Assembly (NCBI GenBank): GCA_026417735.1
Contig: JAOACR010000009.1
Span: 423,255 to 487,254, forward strand
Reading direction: 5' to 3'
Origin: Kiritimatiellia bacterium
GTDB taxonomy: Bacteria; Verrucomicrobiota; Kiritimatiellia; PWTM01
DNA length: 64,000 bases
The notes under the pieces were generated by a model. That model saw only the letters and a list, made by a program, of their open reading frames with translations, was not told where the DNA came from and made no database searches. The position numbers and the translations under genes were made by a program. Shown piece after piece: positions 38,668 through 48,511 of this stretch; positions within the stretch are counted from its first letter, which is position 1; the number at the start of each line of letters is the position of its first letter.

Positions 38668-39297
38668 CTAGAACTGGGCCGAGCCGACATTGAACGTGCT
38701 GACCGAGCTCAGCAGTCCGCTGAAGGTACCGGACAGCGTCGAGAGCCCGCTCGCAATCTGGAACGTGTCGCCCAGGCTCAGCGTGAAGCCAAGGATGACT
38801 GACAGCGTCGGATTCGACAGCGTCAGCGTTGAGCCGGTTCCGATCAGCAACGGGCCGTACAGCGTCCCCGGCGGCGTCCCGTTCAGCTCACCTCGAAGAT
38901 CGCGCCGCTCTGCAGCGTCACGCTCGCGTTCGCAGTCACCTGACCGGCGCTGGCACCCGGCGCCCGCGTCCCGCCCGAGAGCACGTTGATCGTGCCGGTG
39001 ACTGACCCGTTGTCCTCGAGGCGCCCGCCCGCCACCGTGATCAGGCCCGTGCAGGTGTGCGCACCCTGGATCCGGAGCATGCCGTTCGAAATGGTGGTCG
39101 GCCCCACATCGGTGGTGGTGCCGCCCAGCACGACCACTCCGGCGCCCAAGTTCCTTCGTTCGAGGCTCGGGGCTGCCCACGACGCCTCCGAAGTCGCGCA
39201 GATCGCTGCTGTTCACGACCAACCGCGAAACGTTTCTCGAACCGCTGACAATCCGATCAATCCGGTTCGCGAGGAGATCGGTCGACTCAATGGCCAC
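38668..39297 (-). pseudogene. Fragment of an autotransporter-associated beta-strand-repeat (PATR-type) surface protein, with at least two frameshifts.
   Basis: Frame A reads ...VSRLVVNSSDLRDFGGVVGSP. Frame B (38883-39149) reads GAGVVVLGGTTTDVGPTTISNGMLRIQGAHTCTGLITVAGGRLEDNGSVTGTINVLSGG.... Frame A resumes as ELNGTPPGTLYGPLLIGTGSTLTLSN.... All three are passenger-repeat-like. There is no signal peptide or anchor. Confidence 0.5.
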
Positions 39298-39466
39298 CCG
39301 ATGCTGGAGGCACTCGAGGCAGCGCCGTTCTCGGATACCCCCCGATCAGAGCCGGTTGCCGGTTCTGCTGCTCGATCGGTGGGTGGTCATCGTCGCATGA
39401 TTTGCAATGTCGTGCGATCGCCGGATCCCCGCCGACGTTGCTCAAACGCGGTGCGCGAACGACGGG

Positions 39467-40315
39467 TCAGGCACGGGACCACGCGCGCCGAACGAACGGG
39501 AGGCCACGACGGAGGATTTCGCCAGGTTCCCCGAAGAGATCCCGCCAAACCCGCGTTGCGGCGGCCAGCTGGGGCAGTGCGCGACTGAACGCTTCGATCA
39601 CCAACCAACCGTCGTAGCCCGCGCTCTTGAGTGCACGGAACACTCCGATCCAATCCACGTGATCGTCGCCCGGCACTCCGCGGTCGTTCGCGCTGCAGTG
39701 AACATGCACAATCGCGCGGCCGTAGCGACGCACCGCGCCGGCGGGGTTCTTCTCCTCGATGTTCGCGTGGAACGTGTCGAAGTGAATGCCGACGGCCGGA
39801 TGCCCCACCAGCCGCACAAAGGCGGCCGCACCGGCGAGCGTATTGAGCAGGTGACACTCAAACCGGTTGAGCGGTTCGACCGCCAGCACCACCCCTGCGG
39901 CATGTGCATCCTCGGCCGCGCATCGCAGCACGTCCGACGCGCGACGGAGTTCCGCAGCCGTAGGCGCGCGGCCGCTGAAACAGCCGAGCGTCTGGTACAT
40001 GGGACCGCAGAGCACGCTGGCGCCGAGCGCGTGGGCGCACTCGATCCAACTGCGCAGCGCGTCAAGCGCGGCGCGGCGCCGGCGAACGTCCGCATCGGCG
40101 GGATTGGCATCGGGCGAGGTGAACGCTGTCGAGGTGGTGCATTCCAGCCCCTCCTCCTTCAGCAGCCGGCCGAACGCAGCCCAGTCGCCCGCTCGGCCGC
40201 CCATCACCGGCACCTCGACGCCGTCGGCGCCGGCCCGCCGCGCCGCGCGCAGCAGCTTGCGGTGCGCCGGGCCGGGCCGCGCCGTCCATGCGAGCAGATT
40301 CACACCCAATTTCAT
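39467..40315 (-). CDS. Sugar phosphate isomerase/epimerase (xylose-isomerase-like TIM barrel).
   Basis: AP_endonuc_2-type TIM-barrel motifs (LAVEPLNRFE, IHFDTFHANIEE, WLVIEAF). It is the last gene of the TetR operon. Confidence 0.75.
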   Translation of the reverse strand: MKLGVNLLAWTARPGPAHRKLLRAARRAGADGVEVPVMGGRAGDWAAFGRLLKEEGLECTTSTAFTSPDANPADADVRRRRAALDALRSWIECAHALGASVLCGPMYQTLGCFSGRAPTAAELRRASDVLRCAAEDAHAAGVVLAVEPLNRFECHLLNTLAGAAAFVRLVGHPAVGIHFDTFHANIEEKNPAGAVRRYGRAIVHVHCSANDRGVPGDDHVDWIGVFRALKSAGYDGWLVIEAFSRALPQLAAATRVWRDLFGEPGEILRRGLPFVRRAWSRA

Positions 40316-40337
40316 CGGGTTCTCCGCAGCACCGCGG

Positions 40338-41207
40338 TTATGTTTCCTCAGGGATGTGAAGGTCGACGAGTGTTCGGCGCAGCCACTCCAGCGAACGTTC
40401 CAGCAGCGGCCCGCCCTGACCCTCGCACTCGATGCTCAGCACGCCGGTGTAGCCGTGATCGCGCAGCAGTTCGAGACACCGTCGGATGTTACCGGCGTTC
40501 ACGCCCTCGCCGAGCGCGCAGTGGCTGACCGCAATGCCGGTCTGCTGCCCCCGTGTCGCGGCGGCGAGCGATTCGGAGACATCTTTCACGTGCACATGGC
40601 GGACGCGGCCGATGAACCGGCGGAGAAACTCCACCGGATCTTGGCCGGCGATGAACGTGTTGCCGGTGTCCATGTTCATGCGCAGACAGGGGCTGGACGA
40701 GAACGCGAGCATCCGCTCCATGTAGTGCGGCTTCGTGGTGAAGTAGCCGTGAGGCTCGATGTTCACCGTGATGCCGTGCGCCTCCGCGACCTCGAGAATC
40801 TGCTCGTATTCGCCGCGCATTAGCGCGAGCGCCGCCTCGTCGTCCAGACCCGCCGGGGCGTGGAGGCCATCGGTGGTGTCCACGCAGGGGCAGCCGATCT
40901 GGTGTGCCCAGGCGATCGCCTTCATCACGTACGGCACGCCGCGCAGCGGACCGTCGCGTCCGGAAAGCGGGAACGCGGCGTCGACCTGCGAAAAGCGCAC
41001 GCCATAGCGGTCCATCGTGCGGCGCAGCAGCAGCGGGTCCTCGTACAGCGCGACGTGGGGCTGGTAGCCGAGGCCGTGGATCCAGCTGACGCCGTCGATC
41101 AGCCCGCACTCGATCCAGTGTACGTCGTGGTCGCGTGCCCAGCCAAGACACGCCTCAAAGCTTTTGTAGCTCGAGTTGAACGCATCGGTGTGGAATCCAA
41201 CCTTCAT
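40338..41207 (-). CDS. Sugar phosphate isomerase/epimerase (xylose-isomerase-like TIM barrel), second copy.
   Basis: It begins at MKVGFHTDAF with a GAGGAACAGAACC RBS. The metal-binding pattern (VNIEPHGY, HVHVKD, SIECE) is typical of this family. Confidence 0.75.
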   Translation of the reverse strand: MKVGFHTDAFNSSYKSFEACLGWARDHDVHWIECGLIDGVSWIHGLGYQPHVALYEDPLLLRRTMDRYGVRFSQVDAAFPLSGRDGPLRGVPYVMKAIAWAHQIGCPCVDTTDGLHAPAGLDDEAALALMRGEYEQILEVAEAHGITVNIEPHGYFTTKPHYMERMLAFSSSPCLRMNMDTGNTFIAGQDPVEFLRRFIGRVRHVHVKDVSESLAAATRGQQTGIAVSHCALGEGVNAGNIRRCLELLRDHGYTGVLSIECEGQGGPLLERSLEWLRRTLVDLHIPEET

Positions 41208-41555
41208 GGTTCTGTTCCTCCGGGGCACGCCCCACAGCGGGCGGCGGGTTGCTGTGCGGTGATGTCCTCGTTCCGTTTCGCCTGCGAATCGGCAACTTCC
41301 AAGGAGCTGTGGTCGCGACCCGACTGAAATCCGGCCCGCCAGGCATCGCCGACCGAGCGGGAACCTCGAGCGCAACGGGTGTCACGGCGGCGGGAGTCCC
41401 CGGTCCATCGCCGCCGCAATCTCTTCTCATCTTTTTCTCATCTCCGTCCCTTGCCTCAACCCCCTGTCGGCAACAGGTGGCCGAGAACATTTGGAGAGCG
41501 CGTCCGCCGCAACACCGCGACGCCTCTGCGGGTACAACATTTCGCGCTTCCTCGC

Positions 41556-44500
41556 TCATCGTGGCTCCGCGCCGACCGGCGTCCGGAGTGTCGCGGCGAT
41601 CGCCTCGGCGGCCCGGCCGTCCAAACCCGCGCCGACCACCAGTCGCGCGCGCGCGGTGGCCGTGGAACCGGCTGGAAGGTCGTTGCCGAAGAGCGAGAGG
41701 TACAGTGAGCGGTGCGGCTCGGCGCCGTGCGGCATCAGCACCGCGAAGCAGTCCGATGCCCGCGCAGCCAGAACGGCGGTCAGTCCGCTCTCCTCGTCGT
41801 GCCGCATTGCGAGTGGTGCGGCATACGGCGGGCGGACTGTCCACTCCACCGGATGGGGTGGCCGCTGCCACCGACCGTCCCGCAACAGTGAAATGGCGTG
41901 TTCGTCTCGCGGGAATGCTTGCCAGATGCCATCGTGCTGTTCCGCTCGCAGCCACGCGGCACCGGCGTGTGGTCGCGCCCAGGCTTTCGCATCCGCGAAC
42001 CCAACGAAGTACGACGCGCAAAACACCTCAAACGCGCGAAGCGGGCGGAGCGGTTTCACGCTGACCTCGAGGTCCACTGTGTTCGCCGATGCCCACCGCC
42101 AGCGCGCGCGCAGTTCGAAGGGGTCGGTGGAGGTGGCGGGCCACTCGACCTCGGCGGTCCCATCCGCGAGCGCGCGCGCGACAGCGTCGGTGCGGCTCCA
42201 CCCATCAGTGTAGCGATGTTCCGCATCCAGCAGGCGATAGAGGGAGAGCACGCCCTGAGGCTGCGCGATCGAGCGGCCGTCGCCCGCGCGTGACAGGGGG
42301 GCCAGGCCGATCGGGCGGCCGCGGTCGCAAAGCCGGCCTCGGAGCTCGCCTGTGTGGAACGCGAACCCGGCGCCGTCCGCGCGGAACTCGCCCGGCGGCA
42401 AGCCGGCCGCCCACACAGTTCCTCGGCGGTAGAGCGCTGCGACCCCGGCCGGCTCGAGCGCGCGCAGGTCGTGCCCGAGCGCACAGTGGAACACCCGCCC
42501 GCGACCGAACGGGCGGACAAAGACCAACGGATAGGGCCGGCCATCCACTTGGGACACTGCGTCGGCGAGCACGCGAATGGACGCATCGCCGTCGAGGCAG
42601 GTGTAGAGCTCGTCGTCGGTTTCAAAGTCCGCCAGTCCCAGCGTGACCGGATGGGCGGGGTCGGCGATCCGCACGGTGAACGGACCGCGGGGATCGTGCC
42701 CGCGACGCCGGGGGTTCCAACTGCGTCCGGCCAACTCGGTGTACCGCGGAAGGACCGAATTCGAGCTGCGGTCGAAAAACGCGCCGCTCGCGAAGTGCGC
42801 AACGACAAGACCGCAGCCGTTCGATACGGCCCGGCGGAGCCGCTCCAGCGCGTCGGCGGAGGGGGCGGAGCGAGCGTTCTGAAAGTGCAACACGATGACC
42901 TGGAACGGCTCGATGGCGGGGGTGGCGAGCACTGCGGGATCTTCCGCGACGCTGATCTCCAGCCGCGGGTCCGCGGCGAGCGCGGCGACCAGTCGCGGCG
43001 TGGTGTCCGGCCACCGGTGCGCGGCGATGTCCTCGCCGGTGACGATCAGCACGCGGCAGGTTGCGCCGGTGTTCGCGCGGATGTCGATCCGGAATGACGC
43101 CGGTGCGGCCGCGGTGGAAACGACCACGGACGGAACAACCCAGACCTCGCCCACGACGGCGTTTGGGCCCGCCTCGCGCCGCACGCGGAGCGTGATCCTG
43201 CCACCCGGCCCGATCCGCGCAGGCGGCACCGGCAGCCGCAGGATTGCGGCCGGCTGTTCGGCTCTTTGCCATTGGGGCAGCCGGGTGCGAGATACTGCCG
43301 GCTCGCCGTCGAACCACACCGACTGTTCCCGCCCCCCCGCGTCATAGTCCCACCACGAAAGACCAACATCGTAGCGGCCGGTCAGGGAGAGACCGCTGAT
43401 TTCGATCTCGACCTGCTGCGAATCGAACACAACGGTGGCCGGCGGAGCGTCCGTCCATCGCCAGGGTGCGCCGCGACGCACAGCGATGGACACGCCGTCC
43501 ACGCCAGAAGCGGTGGGGAACAGACCGCAATCGAGGTAGGCGATCGGGTCGCCCAGGAGTGTGAGGCGGGGGGCCAGACGGTTCAGCGCATCTATAGCAA
43601 GCTGTCGTTGGGCGGGGTCGGCTGCGGCGCGAAGGCGCAGCAGCAGCGGCACCGCGTCGGGCTCGCGCCACTGAGCGAGCGCCCGCGCGGCCACGTCGGC
43701 GAGCCGCGAGTCAGGTGGCTCGAGGTAGCGACGAAGGAGCTCGAGCGCGGAGGCGCCGCCGATTGCGGGCAGAATCCGCAGTGCGGCGGCGCGGGCACTA
43801 GTCGGCGCATCCGCGTCACGAAGCAGTTCGGCGAGCGGCGCGAGCGTTCGAATCGGATCGGCGAGCCGCTGCGCGAGCTGTTTCAGCGCGTCTTCAAGTT
43901 CAGGTGAAGGTCGGTCGCGCAGGTGCTGGGCCAGCCCGTCGTACGCGTCGGCGTTTCCATGGCGGGCCACGGTCTTGAGAGCGGCCTGGCGCACAGCGGC
44001 ATCCGGGTCGTCGGCCAGTTTCAGCAGCGTCGGCGTCAGCTCGGCGGCGCCACGTGCGGCGAGCGCCTGCACGCACGTGACGCGCGTGGTGCGGTCGTTG
44101 GAGGACAACGCGCGAACAAGCGCGGCGTCGGCCGCCGGATCAGGTATCGCCGCGAGCGCTTGCACCGCGCCGAGGCGGGCGAGCGCCGGGACGTCGTCGG
44201 CAGTGCCGATGGCCCCGAGCGCGGCGATCGCGGCGTCCCGGAGCCGGGGCTCCGCCGCTTCCAGCCGGGCGAGTGCCGCGTTACGCGCTTCCACCACGCG
44301 GTGTTCCGCAACCGCCTCCAACGCCAGCACCTGCCGCGATGCCGCCAGCGAGTCGATCCGTGCGACCAGCCGCGCGCCGTCCAGCCGGGCGAGCCATTGA
44401 ATCGCCGCCGCCGCGACCTGCTCATCGGGGTCGTCGAGCGAGGATTCGCAGGCGCGAAGCGCAGTGGCGGGGTGGTCGTGGACCAGCTGCGAGAGCGCCG

Positions 44501-44969
44501 CGAGCCGCTGCGCGGGGGAGCCGGAGGCGCGAGCCGCTTCGAGCGCCTCCGGCGCCGTCGGCGGTGCAACGGGCCACCGGCCGCCGAGCGCGATTTGCGC
44601 CACCTCCGCGAACGAAGGGTCCCTGAGCATCGTGGTCAGAGCAGACCGTTCCGGCACTCCGGCCACGCAGGCGAGATGCTGTGCGAGCGTGGTGCGCCCC
44701 AGCGGCGTCGTGTCCGGCGCGCGGAGCGCATTGAGCAGCAACCCGGCCAGCTCGCGGCCGCGGTCCGACTCCGCCGGCCAGCGGGGAATCCAGCGTTCCA
44801 GCAGCGCAAACGAGGCGCGGGGAGCAAAGTTCGTACTCTGGCGCACCGCCTCGATGGCCGCGGACAGATCCGCGAGGGTCGGTTGGGGCGGCACCTCCGA
44901 CGCGACCCGTTCGGCACCGACCAGCGCCGCGGCGAGGGCCACGGCAAGGGAGGCCATGGAAAGTTTCAT
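41556..44969 (-). CDS. Large secreted multidomain protein: N-terminal HEAT/PBS-lyase repeats, a central ThuA-like (class-I glutamine-amidotransferase-like) domain, and a C-terminal domain of unknown function.
   Basis: A signal peptide (MKLSMASLAVALAAALVGA), many HEAT-like repeats (..AIAALGAIG.., ..ADDPDAAVRQAALKTVARHG..), and a ThuA-like block (RVLIVTGEDIAAHRWPDTTP...VIVLHFQN...GLVVAHFASGAF...VFHCALGHD). Confidence 0.7.
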   Translation of the reverse strand: MKLSMASLAVALAAALVGAERVASEVPPQPTLADLSAAIEAVRQSTNFAPRASFALLERWIPRWPAESDRGRELAGLLLNALRAPDTTPLGRTTLAQHLACVAGVPERSALTTMLRDPSFAEVAQIALGGRWPVAPPTAPEALEAARASGSPAQRLAALSQLVHDHPATALRACESSLDDPDEQVAAAAIQWLARLDGARLVARIDSLAASRQVLALEAVAEHRVVEARNAALARLEAAEPRLRDAAIAALGAIGTADDVPALARLGAVQALAAIPDPAADAALVRALSSNDRTTRVTCVQALAARGAAELTPTLLKLADDPDAAVRQAALKTVARHGNADAYDGLAQHLRDRPSPELEDALKQLAQRLADPIRTLAPLAELLRDADAPTSARAAALRILPAIGGASALELLRRYLEPPDSRLADVAARALAQWREPDAVPLLLRLRAAADPAQRQLAIDALNRLAPRLTLLGDPIAYLDCGLFPTASGVDGVSIAVRRGAPWRWTDAPPATVVFDSQQVEIEISGLSLTGRYDVGLSWWDYDAGGREQSVWFDGEPAVSRTRLPQWQRAEQPAAILRLPVPPARIGPGGRITLRVRREAGPNAVVGEVWVVPSVVVSTAAAPASFRIDIRANTGATCRVLIVTGEDIAAHRWPDTTPRLVAALAADPRLEISVAEDPAVLATPAIEPFQVIVLHFQNARSAPSADALERLRRAVSNGCGLVVAHFASGAFFDRSSNSVLPRYTELAGRSWNPRRRGHDPRGPFTVRIADPAHPVTLGLADFETDDELYTCLDGDASIRVLADAVSQVDGRPYPLVFVRPFGRGRVFHCALGHDLRALEPAGVAALYRRGTVWAAGLPPGEFRADGAGFAFHTGELRGRLCDRGRPIGLAPLSRAGDGRSIAQPQGVLSLYRLLDAEHRYTDGWSRTDAVARALADGTAEVEWPATSTDPFELRARWRWASANTVDLEVSVKPLRPLRAFEVFCASYFVGFADAKAWARPHAGAAWLRAEQHDGIWQAFPRDEHAISLLRDGRWQRPPHPVEWTVRPPYAAPLAMRHDEESGLTAVLAARASDCFAVLMPHGAEPHRSLYLSLFGNDLPAGSTATARARLVVGAGLDGRAAEAIAATLRTPVGAEPR

Positions 44970-44985
44970 CGGAGATGCCCCGGTT

Positions 44986-46299
44986 CTAGCCCAGCGTCCA
45001 CGGCGCACGCGGTGCGCGGGCGAGGTGACGATCGGCGGAGGGATCGCCGACAAATCGTTCGGTGTTCCAGTCCCATGTCAGCCGCCGACCGCAGCGTGCG
45101 GCGATGTCGCAGACCAGCGAGAGGGTGGTCGCCGCCTGGCAGGCCTCCGCCGGCGCAACCGGTTCGCGCCGCGTACGGATGCACTGGAGAAAGTCGCCGA
45201 TGTGGTGGGTCGAGACACGCAGCCGGGTCTGGTCCGGCCGGATCACCGTTTCGAGCAGCGCGGCGGGCTCTGCGCGGATTGCGCCGCGCACGACGTGCAC
45301 CCAGCCGCGGTCGCCCTCAAACCGCACACCGTGGCCGTAGGGGGAACGGCTGTCATCATAGAAGCGCAGTCGAAGGCCGTCAGCGGCAGTGACGGTGATG
45401 TCCCAACCGAATGGCACGTCGGGATCGCCCTCTTCGAGGAACACCGCGGTGCCCTCGACCGCGATGCGGTCGCGGCCGAGGGAGGGCGCGCCCCAGAGAG
45501 CGATGTCGAGATGGTGCACGCCCCAGCTTTGCATCCAGCCGGCGCAGTAATCGGAGAAGAAGTACCAGTAGTAGCTGCAGATCCCTTGACGGTGAGGCTT
45601 CATGGGGGCCGGCCCGAGCCAGAGGTCGTAGTCCAGCGTGGGGGGCGGTGGCGCAACGGGCAGATGCAGCGCGCGGACACCCTCCCGGAGGCGCAGGTGG
45701 CCGCCTGGCACTGCGACGGTGACGGTGTGCAGTCGCCCGAGGTGTCCGTTCAACGCCAGCTCGCACGCAAACCGAAACCGGGGATCGGAGCGCTGCTGCA
45801 TGCCGGACTGCAGCACGCGGCCGGTTTCGCGCACGGTGGTACAGATCGCGCGGCCCTCGGCGACCGTGCGCGCGAGCGCCTTTTCGCAGTAGACATCGCG
45901 GCCCGCCCGCATTGCGGCGATCGCGATGAACGCATGCCAGTGTTCCGGTGCCGCGATCGCGACGGCATCCACGTCCGGGTGGCCGATGAGCTCGCGGAAG
46001 TCCTGGGTCACCGCGCAGTCCGCCTCCACGCGGCGCTGGACGGTGGCCCAGTCCCGGAGCGAGCGGGCTTTCTGGATATCCACGTCGCAGATCGCCGCGA
46101 TGCGCGTCTCCGGGAAGCCACCGAACTCCTGCACGTGGCCGCGGCCACGTTCGCCGGCACCGATCACCGCGATGCCGATGCGTTCGCTCGGAGCGACCGC
46201 GCCGCCGCGGCCCAGCACGCGACAGGGCACGATCGAGGGCGCGGCGAGCGCACCGAGCGCTCGCAACGCAGCGCGGCGGGACCAAACGGGCGAGGTCAT
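44986..46299 (-). CDS. Gfo/Idh/MocA-family NAD(P)-dependent oxidoreductase with a Tat signal peptide.
   Basis: A twin-arginine leader (SRRAALRALGALAAP), a Rossmann motif (IGIAVIGAGERG), and a GFO_IDH_MocA C-terminal domain. Confidence 0.8.
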   Translation of the reverse strand: MTSPVWSRRAALRALGALAAPSIVPCRVLGRGGAVAPSERIGIAVIGAGERGRGHVQEFGGFPETRIAAICDVDIQKARSLRDWATVQRRVEADCAVTQDFRELIGHPDVDAVAIAAPEHWHAFIAIAAMRAGRDVYCEKALARTVAEGRAICTTVRETGRVLQSGMQQRSDPRFRFACELALNGHLGRLHTVTVAVPGGHLRLREGVRALHLPVAPPPPTLDYDLWLGPAPMKPHRQGICSYYWYFFSDYCAGWMQSWGVHHLDIALWGAPSLGRDRIAVEGTAVFLEEGDPDVPFGWDITVTAADGLRLRFYDDSRSPYGHGVRFEGDRGWVHVVRGAIRAEPAALLETVIRPDQTRLRVSTHHIGDFLQCIRTRREPVAPAEACQAATTLSLVCDIAARCGRRLTWDWNTERFVGDPSADRHLARAPRAPWTLG

Positions 46300-46943
46300 G
46301 TCGGGGGTCTCTCCTCAGTAGGGCGCGCAAAGATGCCGTAGAGCGCGTCCACGGTGGCGGCCTGCTCGGAGGGTTCCGCGACGGCCGGTTCGAATCCCGC
46401 GCGCACTTTGAGCCCTTCCATTGCTTCCAGCATCAGGTCCACCTGCCGGCGCGCATCGCCGGGGGGCAGTTCCCCGGCCGCCTGCGCGGCGCGGACCAGC
46501 CCGATGTAGAATTCGCGGACCGACGCGTAAAACTGCGCCCAGCTCGACCGGATGGCCGCGTCGTGCTGCATGCGCATGAAGATGCCGGTGGTGAAGCGGC
46601 GGTTGCGATGGTCGGCGACACAGGAGGCGACGCTGAACACCAGCGCGCGGCGGAGTCGCTCCGCGGGCGTGCGGGCGGTCGCAATCGCCGTGTGAATGCC
46701 GGCCTCCCAGCACCGGTAATAGTGCCGGCAGGCGGCGAGCATCAGATCGAGCTTGTTTTCGAAGTGACAGTAGAGGCTGCCCTTCGTGACGCCCGCCGCG
46801 GCGGCAACCTCGTCGAGAGTCGCGCCGTCGAATCCGCGTTCTGCGAAGAGGAGGAAGGCGGCCTCCGCCAAGCGCTGCGGCCGGCCCGCCGACCGGCGGG
46901 ACGGTGCGCGCGGGCTGAGCGCCGCTCTCATGGCTGTCATCAT
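46296..46943 (-). CDS. TetR/AcrR-family transcriptional regulator.
   Basis: An N-terminal HTH (GFDGATLDEVAAAAGVTKGSLYCHFENK). Its stop overlaps the oxidoreductase start (ATGA), and it is the first gene of the operon. Confidence 0.8.
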   Translation of the reverse strand: MMTAMRAALSPRAPSRRSAGRPQRLAEAAFLLFAERGFDGATLDEVAAAAGVTKGSLYCHFENKLDLMLAACRHYYRCWEAGIHTAIATARTPAERLRRALVFSVASCVADHRNRRFTTGIFMRMQHDAAIRSSWAQFYASVREFYIGLVRAAQAAGELPPGDARRQVDLMLEAMEGLKVRAGFEPAVAEPSEQAATVDALYGIFARPTEERPPT

Positions 46944-46981
46944 ACCTATGAGTACTGTGTTGGTCAAAACGTGTCGTTGAG

Positions 46982-46999
46982 CATTCGTGAAAACGAATG
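46982..46999. promoter_or_regulatory. Perfect 7-4-7 inverted repeat, a candidate TetR operator in the divergent promoter region.
   Basis: CATTCGT-GAAA-ACGAATG sits in an unusually AT-rich stretch (46960-47040) between the tetR start and the Sel1-repeat gene. Confidence 0.35.
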
Positions 47000-47132
47000 T
47001 AATTCAAATACTGATTGGTATGAAAAACTGTCTGACGGGGGCGCTGGGGTCCGATATGACGTGCTGGCCAGCGCGGAGGCTGCTAAACTGGAGGGCGCGT
47101 CGCGGGCATGCCGGACGCGCGGGGCGTCGTCC

Positions 47133-47930
47133 ATGAAATCGTACAGTTGGCTGCAGGTTGGATTCGCGGGGGCGCGGGGGGTGTGCGCGGGCGCCGCGGT
47201 TCTGGCGGCCATCGCGTCGCGGAGCGGTGCCGACGAGATTGAGCTGACGATTCTGCGCGACGCGGCCGAGCGGGGCGACGTCGGCGCACAGGTCGAGTAT
47301 GCCGACCGGCTAGCGACGGCCCGGGGGACAGCACGGGACATCCGCGCGGCGCTGGAGTGGTGGGCGCGCGCAGCGCTGACGGGACACGCGGGTGCGATGG
47401 TGCGCGTGGCGGACAGTTTGATGGAGGGGGAGGGTGTCGAGGCAGATCCGGCCAAAGCGGTGGCGCTTTGGCGGCGGGCGGCCGAGGCGGGTCACGCGGG
47501 CGCGATGGCGCGCCTGGCGCGGGCGTACGAACGGGGACAGGGCGTCGCGACGAACCTTGCGGAGGCACGGATCTGGTGGAAGCGGGCTGCGGAGGCGGGT
47601 GACCCGGCAGCGCAATACGAATGGGGCCGCTGGTTGGACGAGGGGATCGGCCTGCCCGCAGCGCCGGCGGACGCGCGCATGTGGTACGAGCGCGCGGCAC
47701 AGCACGGCGTGGCCGCCGCGATGAATGCACTGGCGCGGTTCCACGCGGAGGGCCGGGGGGGTCCGCCCGATCGGCGGGAGGCCTATGTGTGGTGCTTGCT
47801 GGCGGCGCGCGCGGGCGATGAGGTCGGCCGTCGCAACTGCGAAGTGCTCGCCGGGGCGTTGTCGGCACTGGAGCGGTTCCACGCTTCGCGCGAGGCGGCA
47901 GCCCGCGCTCGCGCCTGGGGACTGCCCTGA
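47133..47930 (+). CDS. Sel1-like/TPR-repeat protein.
   Basis: Repeated AxxWxxxAAxxGxxxA-like units (ALEWWARAALTGHAGAMVRVA, AVALWRRAAEAGHAGAMARLA, ARIWWKRAAEAGDPAAQYEWG, ARMWYERAAQHGVAAAMNALA). It has an N-terminal signal/anchor. Confidence 0.6.
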   Translation: MKSYSWLQVGFAGARGVCAGAAVLAAIASRSGADEIELTILRDAAERGDVGAQVEYADRLATARGTARDIRAALEWWARAALTGHAGAMVRVADSLMEGEGVEADPAKAVALWRRAAEAGHAGAMARLARAYERGQGVATNLAEARIWWKRAAEAGDPAAQYEWGRWLDEGIGLPAAPADARMWYERAAQHGVAAAMNALARFHAEGRGGPPDRREAYVWCLLAARAGDEVGRRNCEVLAGALSALERFHASREAAARARAWGLP

Positions 47931-48511
47931 TGCGGATGGACCGTTCGAGTGCGTCCGGCGGCGGTGCGCGCTGGCACTGCCTGCAGGCGGAGGTCCACGC
48001 AGAACACATCGCGGCCGCACATCTTTCGCGGCGGCTCGGCCTCGAAACCTATTGCCCTCGCATCCGCTATCGCCGGCCGACGAAACGTGGGCCGGTGTGG
48101 ATGTGCGAAGCGCTGTTTCCGGGCTACCTGTTTGCGCGTTTCGAGCGCGGCGCGTCGTTGCGGGCGGTCGCCGCGATGCCGAAAGTGCGCCGCGTGGTCA
48201 GATTTGGCAGCACCTATGCGGAGGTTCCGGACGAGACGATTCGACAGCTTCGCGACTTGTTTTCCGACAATCAGCCGCGCTCGCTGGAACGCGTGCTGCG
48301 GCCGGGTGACGCCGCAGTGGTCGTGGACGGACCGCTGGCCAACCTGCAGGTGTTGGTCACCGACGTGCTGCCGGGCCGGGAACGTGTGCGCGTGATGTTT
48401 CGGCTGCTCGGCCGCACTGTTGAAGCAGATCTTCCGGAGACCGCGGTGTGTGCCGCCGGCGCCTTGCCCGCGCCCGTGGTGGCCCGCCGCCGCGACGGAA
48501 TGTCGGCATGA
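47930..48511 (+). CDS. Specialised NusG paralog (RfaH/UpxY/LoaP-like transcription antiterminator).
   Basis: An NGN domain (RWHCLQ...LFPGYLFARF) and a KOW-like C-terminus (RPGDAAVVVDGPLANLQVLV...RVRVMFRLLGRTVEADL). It is isolated from secE/rplK. Its start overlaps the Sel1-repeat stop (TGATG). Confidence 0.7.
   Translation: MRMDRSSASGGGARWHCLQAEVHAEHIAAAHLSRRLGLETYCPRIRYRRPTKRGPVWMCEALFPGYLFARFERGASLRAVAAMPKVRRVVRFGSTYAEVPDETIRQLRDLFSDNQPRSLERVLRPGDAAVVVDGPLANLQVLVTDVLPGRERVRVMFRLLGRTVEADLPETAVCAAGALPAPVVARRRDGMSA

Noticed and set aside
46563-47132. An upstream extension of the Sel1-repeat ORF (455 aa in the table).
   Set aside because: The extension is antisense to tetR and low-complexity.

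The ATG at 47133 is followed by a signal/anchor-like segment and sits just after the AT-rich divergent promoter region.
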